DNA from: Pyrinomonadaceae bacterium
GTDB lineage: Bacteria; Acidobacteriota; Blastocatellia; Pyrinomonadales; Pyrinomonadaceae
NCBI GenBank assembly: GCA_046313635.1
Contig: JBKBYA010000004.1
Coordinates: 32,001-96,000 of the forward strand
Direction of reading: 5' to 3'
DNA length: 64,000 nucleotides
Shown: positions 39,033-47,921 of the stretch, piece by piece
Numbering within the stretch: position 1 is the stretch's first letter
How the letters are laid out: every line of letters starts with the position of its first letter
Notes under the pieces: model-generated
The model's database searches: none
Seen by the model: only the letters and a program-made list of their open reading frames with translations
What the model was told of the DNA's origin: nothing
Position numbers and translations under genes: made by a program

Positions 39033-39605
39033 TCAGGCAGCGGCCCCGGACGGTCGCTGCCCTTTTTGTCTTACCGACGCCTTCAAGATCAGGGCACAGG
39101 TGTCGGCGTGAGTTATCTCGCCGCTCAAGACCATTTCGACGGCCTTCTCAAGCGGCATCGTGATCCGCCGGATGTCCTCGGTCGATTCGCTCTCGGGCTC
39201 GCCGAAGTGCAGGCCGCGGGCGATGAACAACTCGGTCGACGAACGGCAGATCGCCGTCATCACCTCGATCCGCCCGAGCGAGACGAGCTCGTCCGCCTCG
39301 ATGCCGAGCTCCTCTTTCGCCTCGCGGTGTGCCGCGTCGAGAGACGTTTCGTTCCCGTCGATCGAGCCGGCGATCGCCTCGATATTGTCGCGCTCGAGCG
39401 CGTACCGGAACTGCCGCGTCAGATGGATCCGGCCGTCGTCGTCGATCGGCAGCACAGCGACGCCCGGCTTGAGATCGATCGTCGCGTATTTGCCGTCGCG
39501 GCCGTCGGGCTCGACGACGTCGTCTTCGTTTACGGTAAAAAAGTCGTTCTCAAAAACGACCCGCGTACCTCGTTTGATCCAGTCCCCGATCTTCTTTTCG
39601 GTCAT
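39033..39605 (-). CDS. NUDIX hydrolase (ADP-ribose pyrophosphatase-like)
   Basis: QFRY; Nudix box AGSIDGNETSLDAAHREAKEELG. Confidence 0.92.
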   Translation of the reverse strand: MTEKKIGDWIKRGTRVVFENDFFTVNEDDVVEPDGRDGKYATIDLKPGVAVLPIDDDGRIHLTRQFRYALERDNIEAIAGSIDGNETSLDAAHREAKEELGIEADELVSLGRIEVMTAICRSSTELFIARGLHFGEPESESTEDIRRITMPLEKAVEMVLSGEITHADTCALILKASVRQKGQRPSGAAA

Positions 39606-39769
39606 TCAGCGTCCCCCGGCTCGTTTGGTCAAAACGTTTGAATTGAGAATAACATTGGGGCATTTGCCGCTGTGGAAAAAAGTTCTTGTAAATATTCAGC
39701 CGGCCATGTATAAATATAAGCCGACAAACCGTTTCTTACCGCTTTTCACCCGTCATAAATGGAGGTCAA

Positions 39770-40795
39770 ATGAAGTTAGCTAAAGGTTTATTGAGCCTTG
39801 TCCTCGCACTTTCGCTCGGACTCATATCGTTCGTTTCAATTCCGCAGATCACGGTCCACGCACAGGACGCCAACGCCGCGCTTCAGCGCGGCTACCGCAC
39901 AGGATATTCCGACGGCTATATGGCCGGCTACCGCGACTCGATCGACAGTCTCTCTAAGGACCACACGCGTCACAACGATTACGCCGCCGCCTCGCGCGCC
40001 TATAACAAAGACTACGGTTCGCTCGAGGATTATCGTGACGGCTACCGGCAAGGCTTCGAGGCGGGCTACGACACAGGCTTCGAAAAGCGGGGCTTTGACT
40101 CGGCGGTCCCGGCCAACTTGACGAGACGGGCAGACGTGCCGTCGTCGTCGACTTCAAACATACCGGCGCCTGTCGAAGCGGGTCAGCCGGCGGCGCCGAC
40201 GGTCGAATCTCCGCTTCAGCAGACGATCAGTTATCGTCCGGGCGGCAATGACGGATCGATCGTCATCCCGAAGGACGCCGAGCTCATACTCGAGCTGCAG
40301 GAGAACCTCTCGACGAGCGTCAATCGCGAGGGCGACAAATTCACCGCAAGGGTCGTCTCGCCGGTCGAGCTCAGCGGAGCGATCGTCGAGGGCCACGTCA
40401 ACAAGATCACCAAGCCCGGACGGATCAAACGGCGTTCGGAATTGGCGCTCTCGTTTGACCGCATCGTTTTGAGCGATCAGCGCTGGAGCAACTACAGCGG
40501 CACGCTGACCGAGGTGATGGCCGTCAAGGGCGACAACATTCGCCGCGTCGATAACGAAGGGACGGCGATCGGCAAGAGCACGATCAAACCCGATGCGGCC
40601 AAGCTCGGGGCCGCGACGGGAACGGGCGCCGTGGTCGGCGCGGTCGCCGGCGGACCGGTCGGCGCCGCGGTCGGCGCGGGCATCGGAGCGGCGTTCGGCG
40701 TCGGAGCGGTCGTCGTCGAGCGTGGCAAGCATATCTCGCTCAACGCAAACCAGCAGCTCCGCGTGCGGACGGCTTACGAGACCCGGATCAGATAG
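39770..40795 (+). CDS. Secreted protein with GY-repeat N-domain and TrbI/VirB10-like beta domain with glycine zipper
   Basis: GYRTGYSDGYMAGY, GYRQGFEAGYDTGF; LSTSVNREGDKFTARV; GTGAVVGAVAGGPVGAAVGAGIGA. Confidence 0.75.
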   Translation: MKLAKGLLSLVLALSLGLISFVSIPQITVHAQDANAALQRGYRTGYSDGYMAGYRDSIDSLSKDHTRHNDYAAASRAYNKDYGSLEDYRDGYRQGFEAGYDTGFEKRGFDSAVPANLTRRADVPSSSTSNIPAPVEAGQPAAPTVESPLQQTISYRPGGNDGSIVIPKDAELILELQENLSTSVNREGDKFTARVVSPVELSGAIVEGHVNKITKPGRIKRRSELALSFDRIVLSDQRWSNYSGTLTEVMAVKGDNIRRVDNEGTAIGKSTIKPDAAKLGAATGTGAVVGAVAGGPVGAAVGAGIGAAFGVGAVVVERGKHISLNANQQLRVRTAYETRIR

Positions 40796-40824
40796 ACCCT
40801 CGGCAAGTGTTCAACTAACGAAGC

Positions 40825-40859
40825 CCGCGGCCCTCTCGTTGAGAGCGCCGCGGTTTTTT
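40825..40859 (+). terminator. Intrinsic terminator
   Basis: ccgcggccctctc/gagagcgccgcgg stem plus T6. Confidence 0.75.
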
Positions 40860-40874
40860 ATGGATAATCGCGGT

Positions 40875-41657
40875 ATGCCGGTCGTCGCGCTGCTTACCGA
40901 TTTTGGGACGAGCGACTACTTTGTCGCCGCGATGAAGGGAAGGATACTGTCGATCGCTCCGTCGGCGCAGATCGTCGACATCACTCACGACGTGCCGCCG
41001 CAGGACGTGCGCGCGGCGGCCTTCATTCTTCGCTCATGTTATAGAGATTTCCCGGCAGACACCGTTTTTGTCTGCGTCGTCGATCCGGGCGTCGGCTCGG
41101 CCCGGCGTGCGCTCGCAGTTGAGTTCGACGGCCGGAAGTTTGTCGCGCCGGACAACGGTCTGCTGACGTTCATCCTAAAACGCGGCGGGGCCGCAATACG
41201 CCATCTGAACAACACGGAACTGTTTGCCCCGAGCATCTCGAGCACCTTTCACGGCCGCGACGTCTTTGCGCCGGCGGCGGCGCATCTTGCATTGGGTGTC
41301 GCGATCGAAGACGCCGGACCGGCCGTGGACGGTCCGGCCCTGCTCGCCGAGCCTGAGCCGAGTATTTCTGACGACGGCCGCGTCATCGGTCAGGTCATCC
41401 ACATCGACCGCTTTGGCAATCTCGTCACCAACCTGCTTCCCGCGCTCCTGACCGATGGCTCAGAACTGCGTGTCAGCGGGCGGACGATCTCGCGATTCGT
41501 CGATCATTACGCCGAGGCAGATCCTCTCGAGGTGATTGGCATCACAGGAAGCGCGGGGTTGATCGAGATATCATCCAATATGGGCTCCGCGGCCGACCTG
41601 CTCGGCGCTCGCGTCGGCGACGAGGTCGTGCTGACAGGCGGAAAAGTCGCCGAATGA
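40875..41657 (+). CDS. SAM hydroxide adenosyltransferase (DUF62, SAM-dependent halogenase family)
   Basis: LLTDFG, VVDPGVGSARR, APDNGLL, STFHGRDVFAP, IDRFGNLVTN; alternative start 40860. Confidence 0.92.
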   Translation: MPVVALLTDFGTSDYFVAAMKGRILSIAPSAQIVDITHDVPPQDVRAAAFILRSCYRDFPADTVFVCVVDPGVGSARRALAVEFDGRKFVAPDNGLLTFILKRGGAAIRHLNNTELFAPSISSTFHGRDVFAPAAAHLALGVAIEDAGPAVDGPALLAEPEPSISDDGRVIGQVIHIDRFGNLVTNLLPALLTDGSELRVSGRTISRFVDHYAEADPLEVIGITGSAGLIEISSNMGSAADLLGARVGDEVVLTGGKVAE

Positions 41658-41679
41658 CGTGCGAAAGCGGGCATTCGGC

Positions 41680-41708
41680 TTGTCAGCGATTCGGCCGTTA
41701 GATAAAAT
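41680..41708 (+). promoter_or_regulatory. Putative sigma70 promoter of citrate synthase
   Basis: TTGTCA-N17-TAAAAT. Confidence 0.6.
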
Positions 41709-41750
41709 CTCCTTTGCACTAAATTTAAGAAAATACAGGATAAAACATCA

Positions 41751-42890
41751 ATGAGTAACACAGCAGGAACATCAGCCGGTGCCGCGGGACTCCGCGGCGT
41801 GGTCGCGGCCTCCAGCAGTATCGGCGACGTCAACGGCGAGCAGGGAATTCTTATTTATCAGGGATATAACATTCACGATCTCGCCGAACACTCGACTTTT
41901 GAAGAGGTCGTCTATCTCCTCTGGCACGGCCGCTTGCCCCGCCAGGCCGAGCTCGACGAGCTCCGTGAGCGGCTCCGTGCAAACTACGACATTCCGGCGC
42001 CGGTGCTGGAGATGATGCGCACCTTCCCAAAGGACGCCGATCCGATGGACGTGCTCCGCACCGCGGTGTCGTCGCTCGACTTTTACGACCGTGACGGACA
42101 CGGCACCGATCGCGAGAGCGCGACGAATGCCGCGATCAAGCTCACCGGCCAGATCGGCACGATCGTCGCGGCGTGGGACCGCATCCGCGGCGGCAAGGAG
42201 CCGGTCGCTCCCGACAAGTCGCTGAGCATCGCCGAGAACTTCCTGTATATGCTCCGCGGCGGGAGGGCCGAGGCCGACGAGGTCCGCATCTTTGACGTCG
42301 CGCTGATCCTGCACGCCGATCATGAGCTGAACGCTTCGACATTTACGACGCGTGTCGTCGCCGGCACTCTCGCCGGGATGTACGGCGCGGTCACGGCCGG
42401 CATCGCGGCCCTCGCCGGCCCGCTCCACGGCGGTGCGAATACCAACGTGATGAAGATGCTCATCGAGATCGGCGAGATCGACAAGGTCGACGCGTGGGTC
42501 GATCAGGCACTGGCCGAGAAGCGAAAGATCATGGGCATCGGCCACGCCGTCTACAAGACCGAAGACCCGCGTGCCACATGGCTCCGCAAATTCGCCCGCC
42601 AGATGGGCGAGAAAAAGGGCGAAATGAAGTGGTTTGAGATGTCGCAGCGGATCGAGCAGCTTATGCACGAGAAAAAGGGAATGTTCCCGAATGTCGACTT
42701 TTACTCGGCTTCCACGTATTACCTGATGGGCATCCCGCTCGACCTCTACACGCCGATCTTCGCCGTCAGCCGCATCTCCGGCTGGACCGGCCACATACTC
42801 GAACAGTACGCCAACAACAAACTCATCCGCCCCCGCGCCGAATACATCGGCCCACGCGATCTCAAATACGTGCCGATCAACGAGCGGTGA
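41751..42890 (+). CDS. gltA: Citrate synthase (short CitZ/PrpC type)
   Basis: LHADHELNASTF, GPLHGGAN, MGIGHAVYKTEDPRA, PNVDFYS, LIRPRAEYIG. Confidence 0.95.
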   Translation: MSNTAGTSAGAAGLRGVVAASSSIGDVNGEQGILIYQGYNIHDLAEHSTFEEVVYLLWHGRLPRQAELDELRERLRANYDIPAPVLEMMRTFPKDADPMDVLRTAVSSLDFYDRDGHGTDRESATNAAIKLTGQIGTIVAAWDRIRGGKEPVAPDKSLSIAENFLYMLRGGRAEADEVRIFDVALILHADHELNASTFTTRVVAGTLAGMYGAVTAGIAALAGPLHGGANTNVMKMLIEIGEIDKVDAWVDQALAEKRKIMGIGHAVYKTEDPRATWLRKFARQMGEKKGEMKWFEMSQRIEQLMHEKKGMFPNVDFYSASTYYLMGIPLDLYTPIFAVSRISGWTGHILEQYANNKLIRPRAEYIGPRDLKYVPINER

Positions 42891-42913
42891 CGCGGTTCAG
42901 TCAAATAAAGCCG

Positions 42914-42944
42914 AATGGCCCCGAAGAGATTCGGGGCCATTTTT
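42914..42944 (+). terminator. Intrinsic terminator
   Basis: aatggccccgaa/ttcggggccatt stem plus T tail. Confidence 0.85.
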
Positions 42945-42948
42945 GGCT

Positions 42949-43131
42949 ATGACGGTGAAGTTCACGTATGAGGCCGAGGATGTGCTGATGGACGATGCAT
43001 CGGACGGCACGATCACGAAGTATCTCAACGGCCTCGGCATCGACAACAAGCTGCGGATGCAGGCGGGGTCGAATGCGAGCTACTTCCTCGCCGATCACCT
43101 CGGCTCGACGAACGGGCTGGTCGGGTCTTGA
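42949..43131 (+). pseudogene. Isolated RHS/YD-repeat core fragment
   Basis: FTYEAEDVLMD...KYLNGLGIDNKLR...YFLADHLGST; the DHLGS motif is typical of RHS cores; truncated at both ends. Confidence 0.8.
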
Positions 43132-43318
43132 GAGGATCTCACGCCTACCGAGGATCTGGCGGCGTTGGCTCCTCGTAAGCGATTGCGGGCTTCAGCAAAT
43201 TTCAGCCTTAGCGCCGACTACCAACGCCGCGCAGCCTCGCGCGGTGGGCGGCTAAGGGCTAGAATATTGCGTAACGTTTTCTGCCGAAATTTTCAAATCA
43301 TCTTAAGGAGTCACCGCA

Positions 43319-45448
43319 ATGAAAGGTCCGCTCGCCGCTGCTTTGTTGGCAGTGTTGGTTTTGCCTTCCGCTATGCTTTCGCAAACTGAAAAGATCAAAC
43401 CGCCGGTTCCGAAGAAGGAACCAAAAGTTCTCAAGATCCACGGCTACGAGATCACCGACAACTATGCCTGGATGCGCGACCGCGATCCCGATAAAAAGGA
43501 TCCCGAGATCATCAAGTATCTCGAGGCCGAGAATGCCTACACCGAGAGCTTTATGGGGCAGCACAAGGGATTTGTCGACTCGCTCTACAAGGAGATCCTC
43601 GGCCGCATCAAGCAGACCGACACGAGCGTGCCGTACAGGCTCGGCGGCTACTGGTACTTCAACAAGACCGAAGAGGGCAAGCAGTACCCGGTCTACTACC
43701 GCAGCAAGTCGAAAGACCTCTCGTCGCCCGAGCTGCTGCTCGATCAGAACGAGATGGCAAAGGGCTACAAGTACTTCGCGATCGGCGAATTCAGCCCGAG
43801 CGACGACGGCAGCCTGCTCGCCTTCTCGACCGACACGACCGGCTACCGGCAGTACACGCTTCAGATCAAAGACCTGCGGACCGGCCGGATGCTGCCCGAT
43901 CGTGTCGAACGCGTTACGTCGGCCGAGTGGTCGAATGACGGCAAGTATCTTTTCATCGGGCAGGAAGATCCGGTGTCTAAGCGCTCCGACAAGATCTGGC
44001 GCCACACCGTCGGAACGGCGGATAAGAACGAGCTTATCTACGAGGAAAAGGACGTCCTCTTCAACGCCGGCGTCGGCCGCTCGCGCGACCGCAAGATGCT
44101 CTTTATCGGCTCGTACGCCAAGACGTCGCGCGAGTATCGTTACCTCGCGGCCGACGATCCGACCGGCGAATGGAAAGTCATCACGCCGCGCCGCGAAGGG
44201 CACGAGTACTCGGCCGATTTCGATCAGGGCGAGTTTTACATCGTGACGAATAAGGACGCAGAGAATTTCAAGGTCGTCCGCGCTCCGATGTCGGACCCGA
44301 GCGAAAAGAACTGGACCGATTTCATCCCGTACGATCCGGCGGTAAAGGTCGAGGACATAAGCTTTTTCAAGGACCACGCCGTCGTGTACGAACGCGAGAA
44401 CGGCCTCGAGTACCTCCGCGTGCTGGATCGCAAGACGCGCCGGGCTCCGCTTCGCGTCGAGACGCCCGAAGACAATTACACGATGTCGCTCTCGTCCAAT
44501 CCCGAGTACGACACGCCGATCATCCGCTATCGATATTCGTCGATGATCACGCCGAACTCGGTTTACGAGTTCGACTTCAAGACGCGCAAGAGCACGCTCA
44601 TCAAACAGGACGAGATCCCGAGCGGCTACGACAAGTCGAAGTACGAGACGACCCGCGTCTGGGCCGTGGCCCGCGACGGCGTAAAAGTGCCGATCTCGGT
44701 GATGATGAAAAAGGGGACCAAGCTCGACGGCTCGGCGCCGATGCTGCTCTACGGATACGGCTCGTACGGCATTCCGATGACGCCGAACTTCTCGGTCGCG
44801 CGGCTGAGCCTCGTCGACCGCGGAATGATCTACGCGATCGCGCACATTCGCGGCGGTTCGGAGCTGGGCGAAAAGTGGCGGCAAGAGGGACGAATGTTCA
44901 AAAAGATGAACACCTTTAACGACTTCGTCGACTCGGCCAAATGGCTCATCGCTAACAAGTACACTTCGCCCGATCGACTCGTCATCCAGGGCGGCAGCGC
45001 CGGCGGTCTGCTGATGGGTGCGGTGATGAATCAGGCCCCGCAGCTTTTTAAGGCCGCGATCGTGCAGGTGCCGTTTGTCGATGTGATGAATACGATGATC
45101 GACGAGACGCTGCCGCTCACGACCGAGGAGTGGGTCGAGTGGGGCAATCCGCGCGACGATAAAAAAGCGTGGGACTACATGGTCACATATTCGCCATACG
45201 ACAACGTCAAGGCGCAGCCGTACCCGAATATGCTCATCGAGGTCTCGCTCTACGACAGCCAGGTGCCTTATTGGGAAGGCGCGAAGTTCGCCGCAAAGGT
45301 CCGCGAGATGAAGACCAACGACAGCGTCGTGCTGCTCAAGACCAACATGGGCGCCGGGCACGGCGGTTCGTCGGGACGCTACGACCGTTTGAAAGAGGTC
45401 GCCTTCGATTACGCCTACGCTCTCGCGCAGGTCGGCATCACAAAGTAG
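43319..45448 (+). CDS. ptrB: Oligopeptidase B (S9A) with signal peptide
   Basis: DNYAWMRD, YGYGSYG, HIRGG, GGSAGG nucleophile, DSQVPYWE, AGHGG. Confidence 0.95.
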   Translation: MKGPLAAALLAVLVLPSAMLSQTEKIKPPVPKKEPKVLKIHGYEITDNYAWMRDRDPDKKDPEIIKYLEAENAYTESFMGQHKGFVDSLYKEILGRIKQTDTSVPYRLGGYWYFNKTEEGKQYPVYYRSKSKDLSSPELLLDQNEMAKGYKYFAIGEFSPSDDGSLLAFSTDTTGYRQYTLQIKDLRTGRMLPDRVERVTSAEWSNDGKYLFIGQEDPVSKRSDKIWRHTVGTADKNELIYEEKDVLFNAGVGRSRDRKMLFIGSYAKTSREYRYLAADDPTGEWKVITPRREGHEYSADFDQGEFYIVTNKDAENFKVVRAPMSDPSEKNWTDFIPYDPAVKVEDISFFKDHAVVYERENGLEYLRVLDRKTRRAPLRVETPEDNYTMSLSSNPEYDTPIIRYRYSSMITPNSVYEFDFKTRKSTLIKQDEIPSGYDKSKYETTRVWAVARDGVKVPISVMMKKGTKLDGSAPMLLYGYGSYGIPMTPNFSVARLSLVDRGMIYAIAHIRGGSELGEKWRQEGRMFKKMNTFNDFVDSAKWLIANKYTSPDRLVIQGGSAGGLLMGAVMNQAPQLFKAAIVQVPFVDVMNTMIDETLPLTTEEWVEWGNPRDDKKAWDYMVTYSPYDNVKAQPYPNMLIEVSLYDSQVPYWEGAKFAAKVREMKTNDSVVLLKTNMGAGHGGSSGRYDRLKEVAFDYAYALAQVGITK

Positions 45449-45473
45449 CTTTGCTACGCGGCAAGCCGCTAAT

Positions 45474-45511
45474 GATCAGGCAGACCCGATGAGGGCTGCC
45501 TGATCTTTTTT
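45474..45511 (+). terminator. Intrinsic terminator of ptrB
   Basis: gatcaggcag/ctgcctgatc stem plus T6. Confidence 0.85.
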
Positions 45512-45622
45512 GCGTCTTGCGGGCTCGGTCAATTTGAACGGACCGTTCGGCGGATCTGACCGACAGCCCGCCTTTATGATCGGCCGCACTCTCATTTCCG
45601 GCGAATTTCGCCGCGAACACGC

Positions 45623-45637
45623 TGGCACGGGCGTTGC
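45623..45637 (+). promoter_or_regulatory. Sigma-54 (-24/-12) promoter of the subtilase
   Basis: TGGCACG-GGCG-TTGC matches TGGCACGNNNNTTGC exactly, about 52 nt before ATG 45690. Confidence 0.75.
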
Positions 45638-45689
45638 CAGCGACGCCGCGAGACTCCCGCTCTCAATATCATCCTTTCGAGGTTTAACT

Positions 45690-47690
45690 ATGGTCCTCAC
45701 CCGTTTTCGCCCGCTGCTCTCACGACTCGTGATACTGTCCGTGCTGGTCAGCTCGTCCGCCGCACTATTGCCGGTCGCGGGAGCCTCTCGGCCCTCGATG
45801 GATGTCGGGGGCTCGCCTGTTCGCTCGTCGACATACGATGCCGGATCCGGATTTTTGACGCTGTCAGACGACCCGTTTGTCGGCGATAAGCTCTCGCCCG
45901 ATCTGCGCGGGATGGTCGATCGCCGAGCGGCCGCGACCGTCGATCTGATACTTCAATCGGACGACATTGAGGCTCCCGCGCTGCGCAGGGAACTGAGGGC
46001 TGCCGGAGCGTCGATCGTCTCTTCGGCGTCGAGCTTCAACATCCTTCAGGTCAAGATGCCGCTCGCCTCGGTCGAGAAGCTCGCCCGCAGCGAGCATGTG
46101 CTGCACCTCTCGCTCGATCTCGAGACCAAGTCGTTAGGTCATATCGAGACGACGACCGGCGTCGCGGCGATGCGGGCCGTCAAAGGCAACTCGACGCTCG
46201 ACGGCACGGGCATCGGCATCGCCATCGTCGATTCGGCGATCTACGCCGGGCATGACGAATTCACCGGCCCGACCGGAGCCTCGCGCATCGTTCGACAGGC
46301 GGCGTTCGAGACCGGCGGCAGCGAGGATCTCTACGGCCACGGAACGCACGTCGCCGCCATCGCGGCAGGTCGCGGCGGCAAGGCCGGCGACCCGATCTCG
46401 ACGAGCATCCTGAAGGATTACCAGGGCATCGCTCCCGGGGCCAACATCATCGCGGTCCGCGTGCTCAGCGACACGGGCACAGGCTCGAGCGCACGGCTCA
46501 TCAGCGCACTCGACTGGATCTACAAAAATCGCAAGACCGGCAACATCCGCGTCGTCAATCTCAGCCTCGGCACGGCCGCCGTCGAGACCTGGCGAAACGA
46601 TCCGCTCTGCCGCGCCGTGCGTACGCTGACCTCGGCCGGGATCGTCGTCGTGGCGGCGGCCGGCAACGACGGCAAGAATGTGCTTGGTCAAAAGGTCTAC
46701 GGCACGATCCATTCGCCGGGCAACGACCCGACGGTGATCACGGTCGGCGCGGTAAATACCTTCGGCTCGGACGCGCGTTCCGACGACGGCATCGCGACAT
46801 ACAGTTCGCGCGGGCCCACGCGTTCGTACTACACAGACGCATCCGGCATAAAGCAATACGACCATCTCGTTAAGCCCGACCTCGTCGCGCCGGGCAACAA
46901 GATCATCTCGGCCCGCTCGCGCGTCAACGTGATGGCGACGCTCAACCCGACCCTCGAGGTCCTCAACGACGGTCTCGGTCCGGCGACGCAGCTGATATAC
47001 ATGTCGGGGACGTCGATGGCGACGCCGGTCGTCTCGGGAGCGGCGGCGATCTTGCTGCAGGCCAACCCGTATCTCACGCCAAACCTCGTAAAGATGATCC
47101 TGATGTACACGGCGCAGCCGCTCAATGGATTCAATCATCTCGAGCAGGGGGCCGGCGAGATCAATATCGAGGGAGCGGTCAGGCTCGCAAAGCTCATTCG
47201 CAAAGACCTGACAAACGCGACGCCGCTCGGCACGCCGCTCCTCACTTCAAGGCTTCCCGTCGAGCAGTCAACCATCGCGGGACAGACGATCAACTGGTCG
47301 CAGGGAATGATCGTCAATCAGGGCTACGCGGCCGGCCGCGATCTCATCGCCAAGTATCAAAAGGTCTACGGTCTCGGCTACACGCTGAGCGACGGGCTGC
47401 TGATCAGCGACGGCCTTTTGATCAGCGACGGCCTGCTTATGAGCGACGGGCTGCTGCTGAGCGACGGGCTGCTGATCAGTGACGGCCTGCTGATCAGCGA
47501 CGGAGCGCTCTTTTACGACTACAGTTCGACATTCGCGAGCGGTCTCCTGATCAGTGACGGCCTGCTGTTGAGTGACGGGTTATTGATCAGCGACAGCTTC
47601 CTGCTGACCAACGGCGTCCTGTCTCCCGGCGGGCTCACGGTCGGCGTGCCGGTACTCATCGGAGGCGACGGGATACTTGGGATGAACTGA
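45690..47690 (+). CDS. Secreted S8 subtilisin-like serine protease (AprX-like) with C-terminal hexapeptide repeats
   Basis: Signal peptide, propeptide, triad IAIVDS / GHGTHVA / SGTSMATP, AAAGN oxyanion motif; SDGLLx tail. Confidence 0.93.
   Translation: MVLTRFRPLLSRLVILSVLVSSSAALLPVAGASRPSMDVGGSPVRSSTYDAGSGFLTLSDDPFVGDKLSPDLRGMVDRRAAATVDLILQSDDIEAPALRRELRAAGASIVSSASSFNILQVKMPLASVEKLARSEHVLHLSLDLETKSLGHIETTTGVAAMRAVKGNSTLDGTGIGIAIVDSAIYAGHDEFTGPTGASRIVRQAAFETGGSEDLYGHGTHVAAIAAGRGGKAGDPISTSILKDYQGIAPGANIIAVRVLSDTGTGSSARLISALDWIYKNRKTGNIRVVNLSLGTAAVETWRNDPLCRAVRTLTSAGIVVVAAAGNDGKNVLGQKVYGTIHSPGNDPTVITVGAVNTFGSDARSDDGIATYSSRGPTRSYYTDASGIKQYDHLVKPDLVAPGNKIISARSRVNVMATLNPTLEVLNDGLGPATQLIYMSGTSMATPVVSGAAAILLQANPYLTPNLVKMILMYTAQPLNGFNHLEQGAGEINIEGAVRLAKLIRKDLTNATPLGTPLLTSRLPVEQSTIAGQTINWSQGMIVNQGYAAGRDLIAKYQKVYGLGYTLSDGLLISDGLLISDGLLMSDGLLLSDGLLISDGLLISDGALFYDYSSTFASGLLISDGLLLSDGLLISDSFLLTNGVLSPGGLTVGVPVLIGGDGILGMN
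47388..47606 (+). repeat. 18-bp coding repeat, SDGLL(I/L/M)
   Basis: Six exact units plus SDGALF (47388-47513), spacer, then ASGLLI SDGLLL SDGLLI SDSFLL; synonymous codons vary between units. Confidence 0.95.
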
Positions 47691-47808
47691 CCGCACAGCC
47701 GTCTAGACAAGATCGACCGGACGCAGCCGGGCGAGGGCCGTCGAGCTCTCGCCCGCTGCGTGCCTGGACCGCGGCTTGAGGACGCCTGCGGGTCCGAAAA
47801 AAATTACT

Positions 47809-47837
47809 TTTAACTCCTCGCCCGCGCTCGCTATAAT
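47809..47837 (+). promoter_or_regulatory. Putative sigma70 promoter of the GGDEF-EAL gene
   Basis: TTTAAC-N17-TATAAT. Confidence 0.55.
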
Positions 47838-47921
47838 GTAAAGGCCTCGCGGCCGCACGGTCCTCTCTCCGCATACCTGCTGACCGGCCGCACCGTTCGA
47901 CGCATTTGATCACCTCGCTTA

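Noticed and set aside
40875..41657. Fluorinase/chlorinase of a halometabolite pathway
   Set aside because: Motifs and housekeeping context fit the widespread DUF62 SAM hydrolase; no biosynthetic cluster nearby.
43298..45361. 687-aa minus-strand ORF, and similar long ORFs at 7575-8987, 24068-26062, 50139-51479 and 60678-61982
   Set aside because: Antisense shadows of well-supported genes, expected with high-GC codon bias; no recognisable motifs.
45690..47690. Classical RiPP cluster with the repeats as core peptides
   Set aside because: No modifying enzymes or peptide exporter adjacent; kept only as an unmodified-peptide hypothesis.
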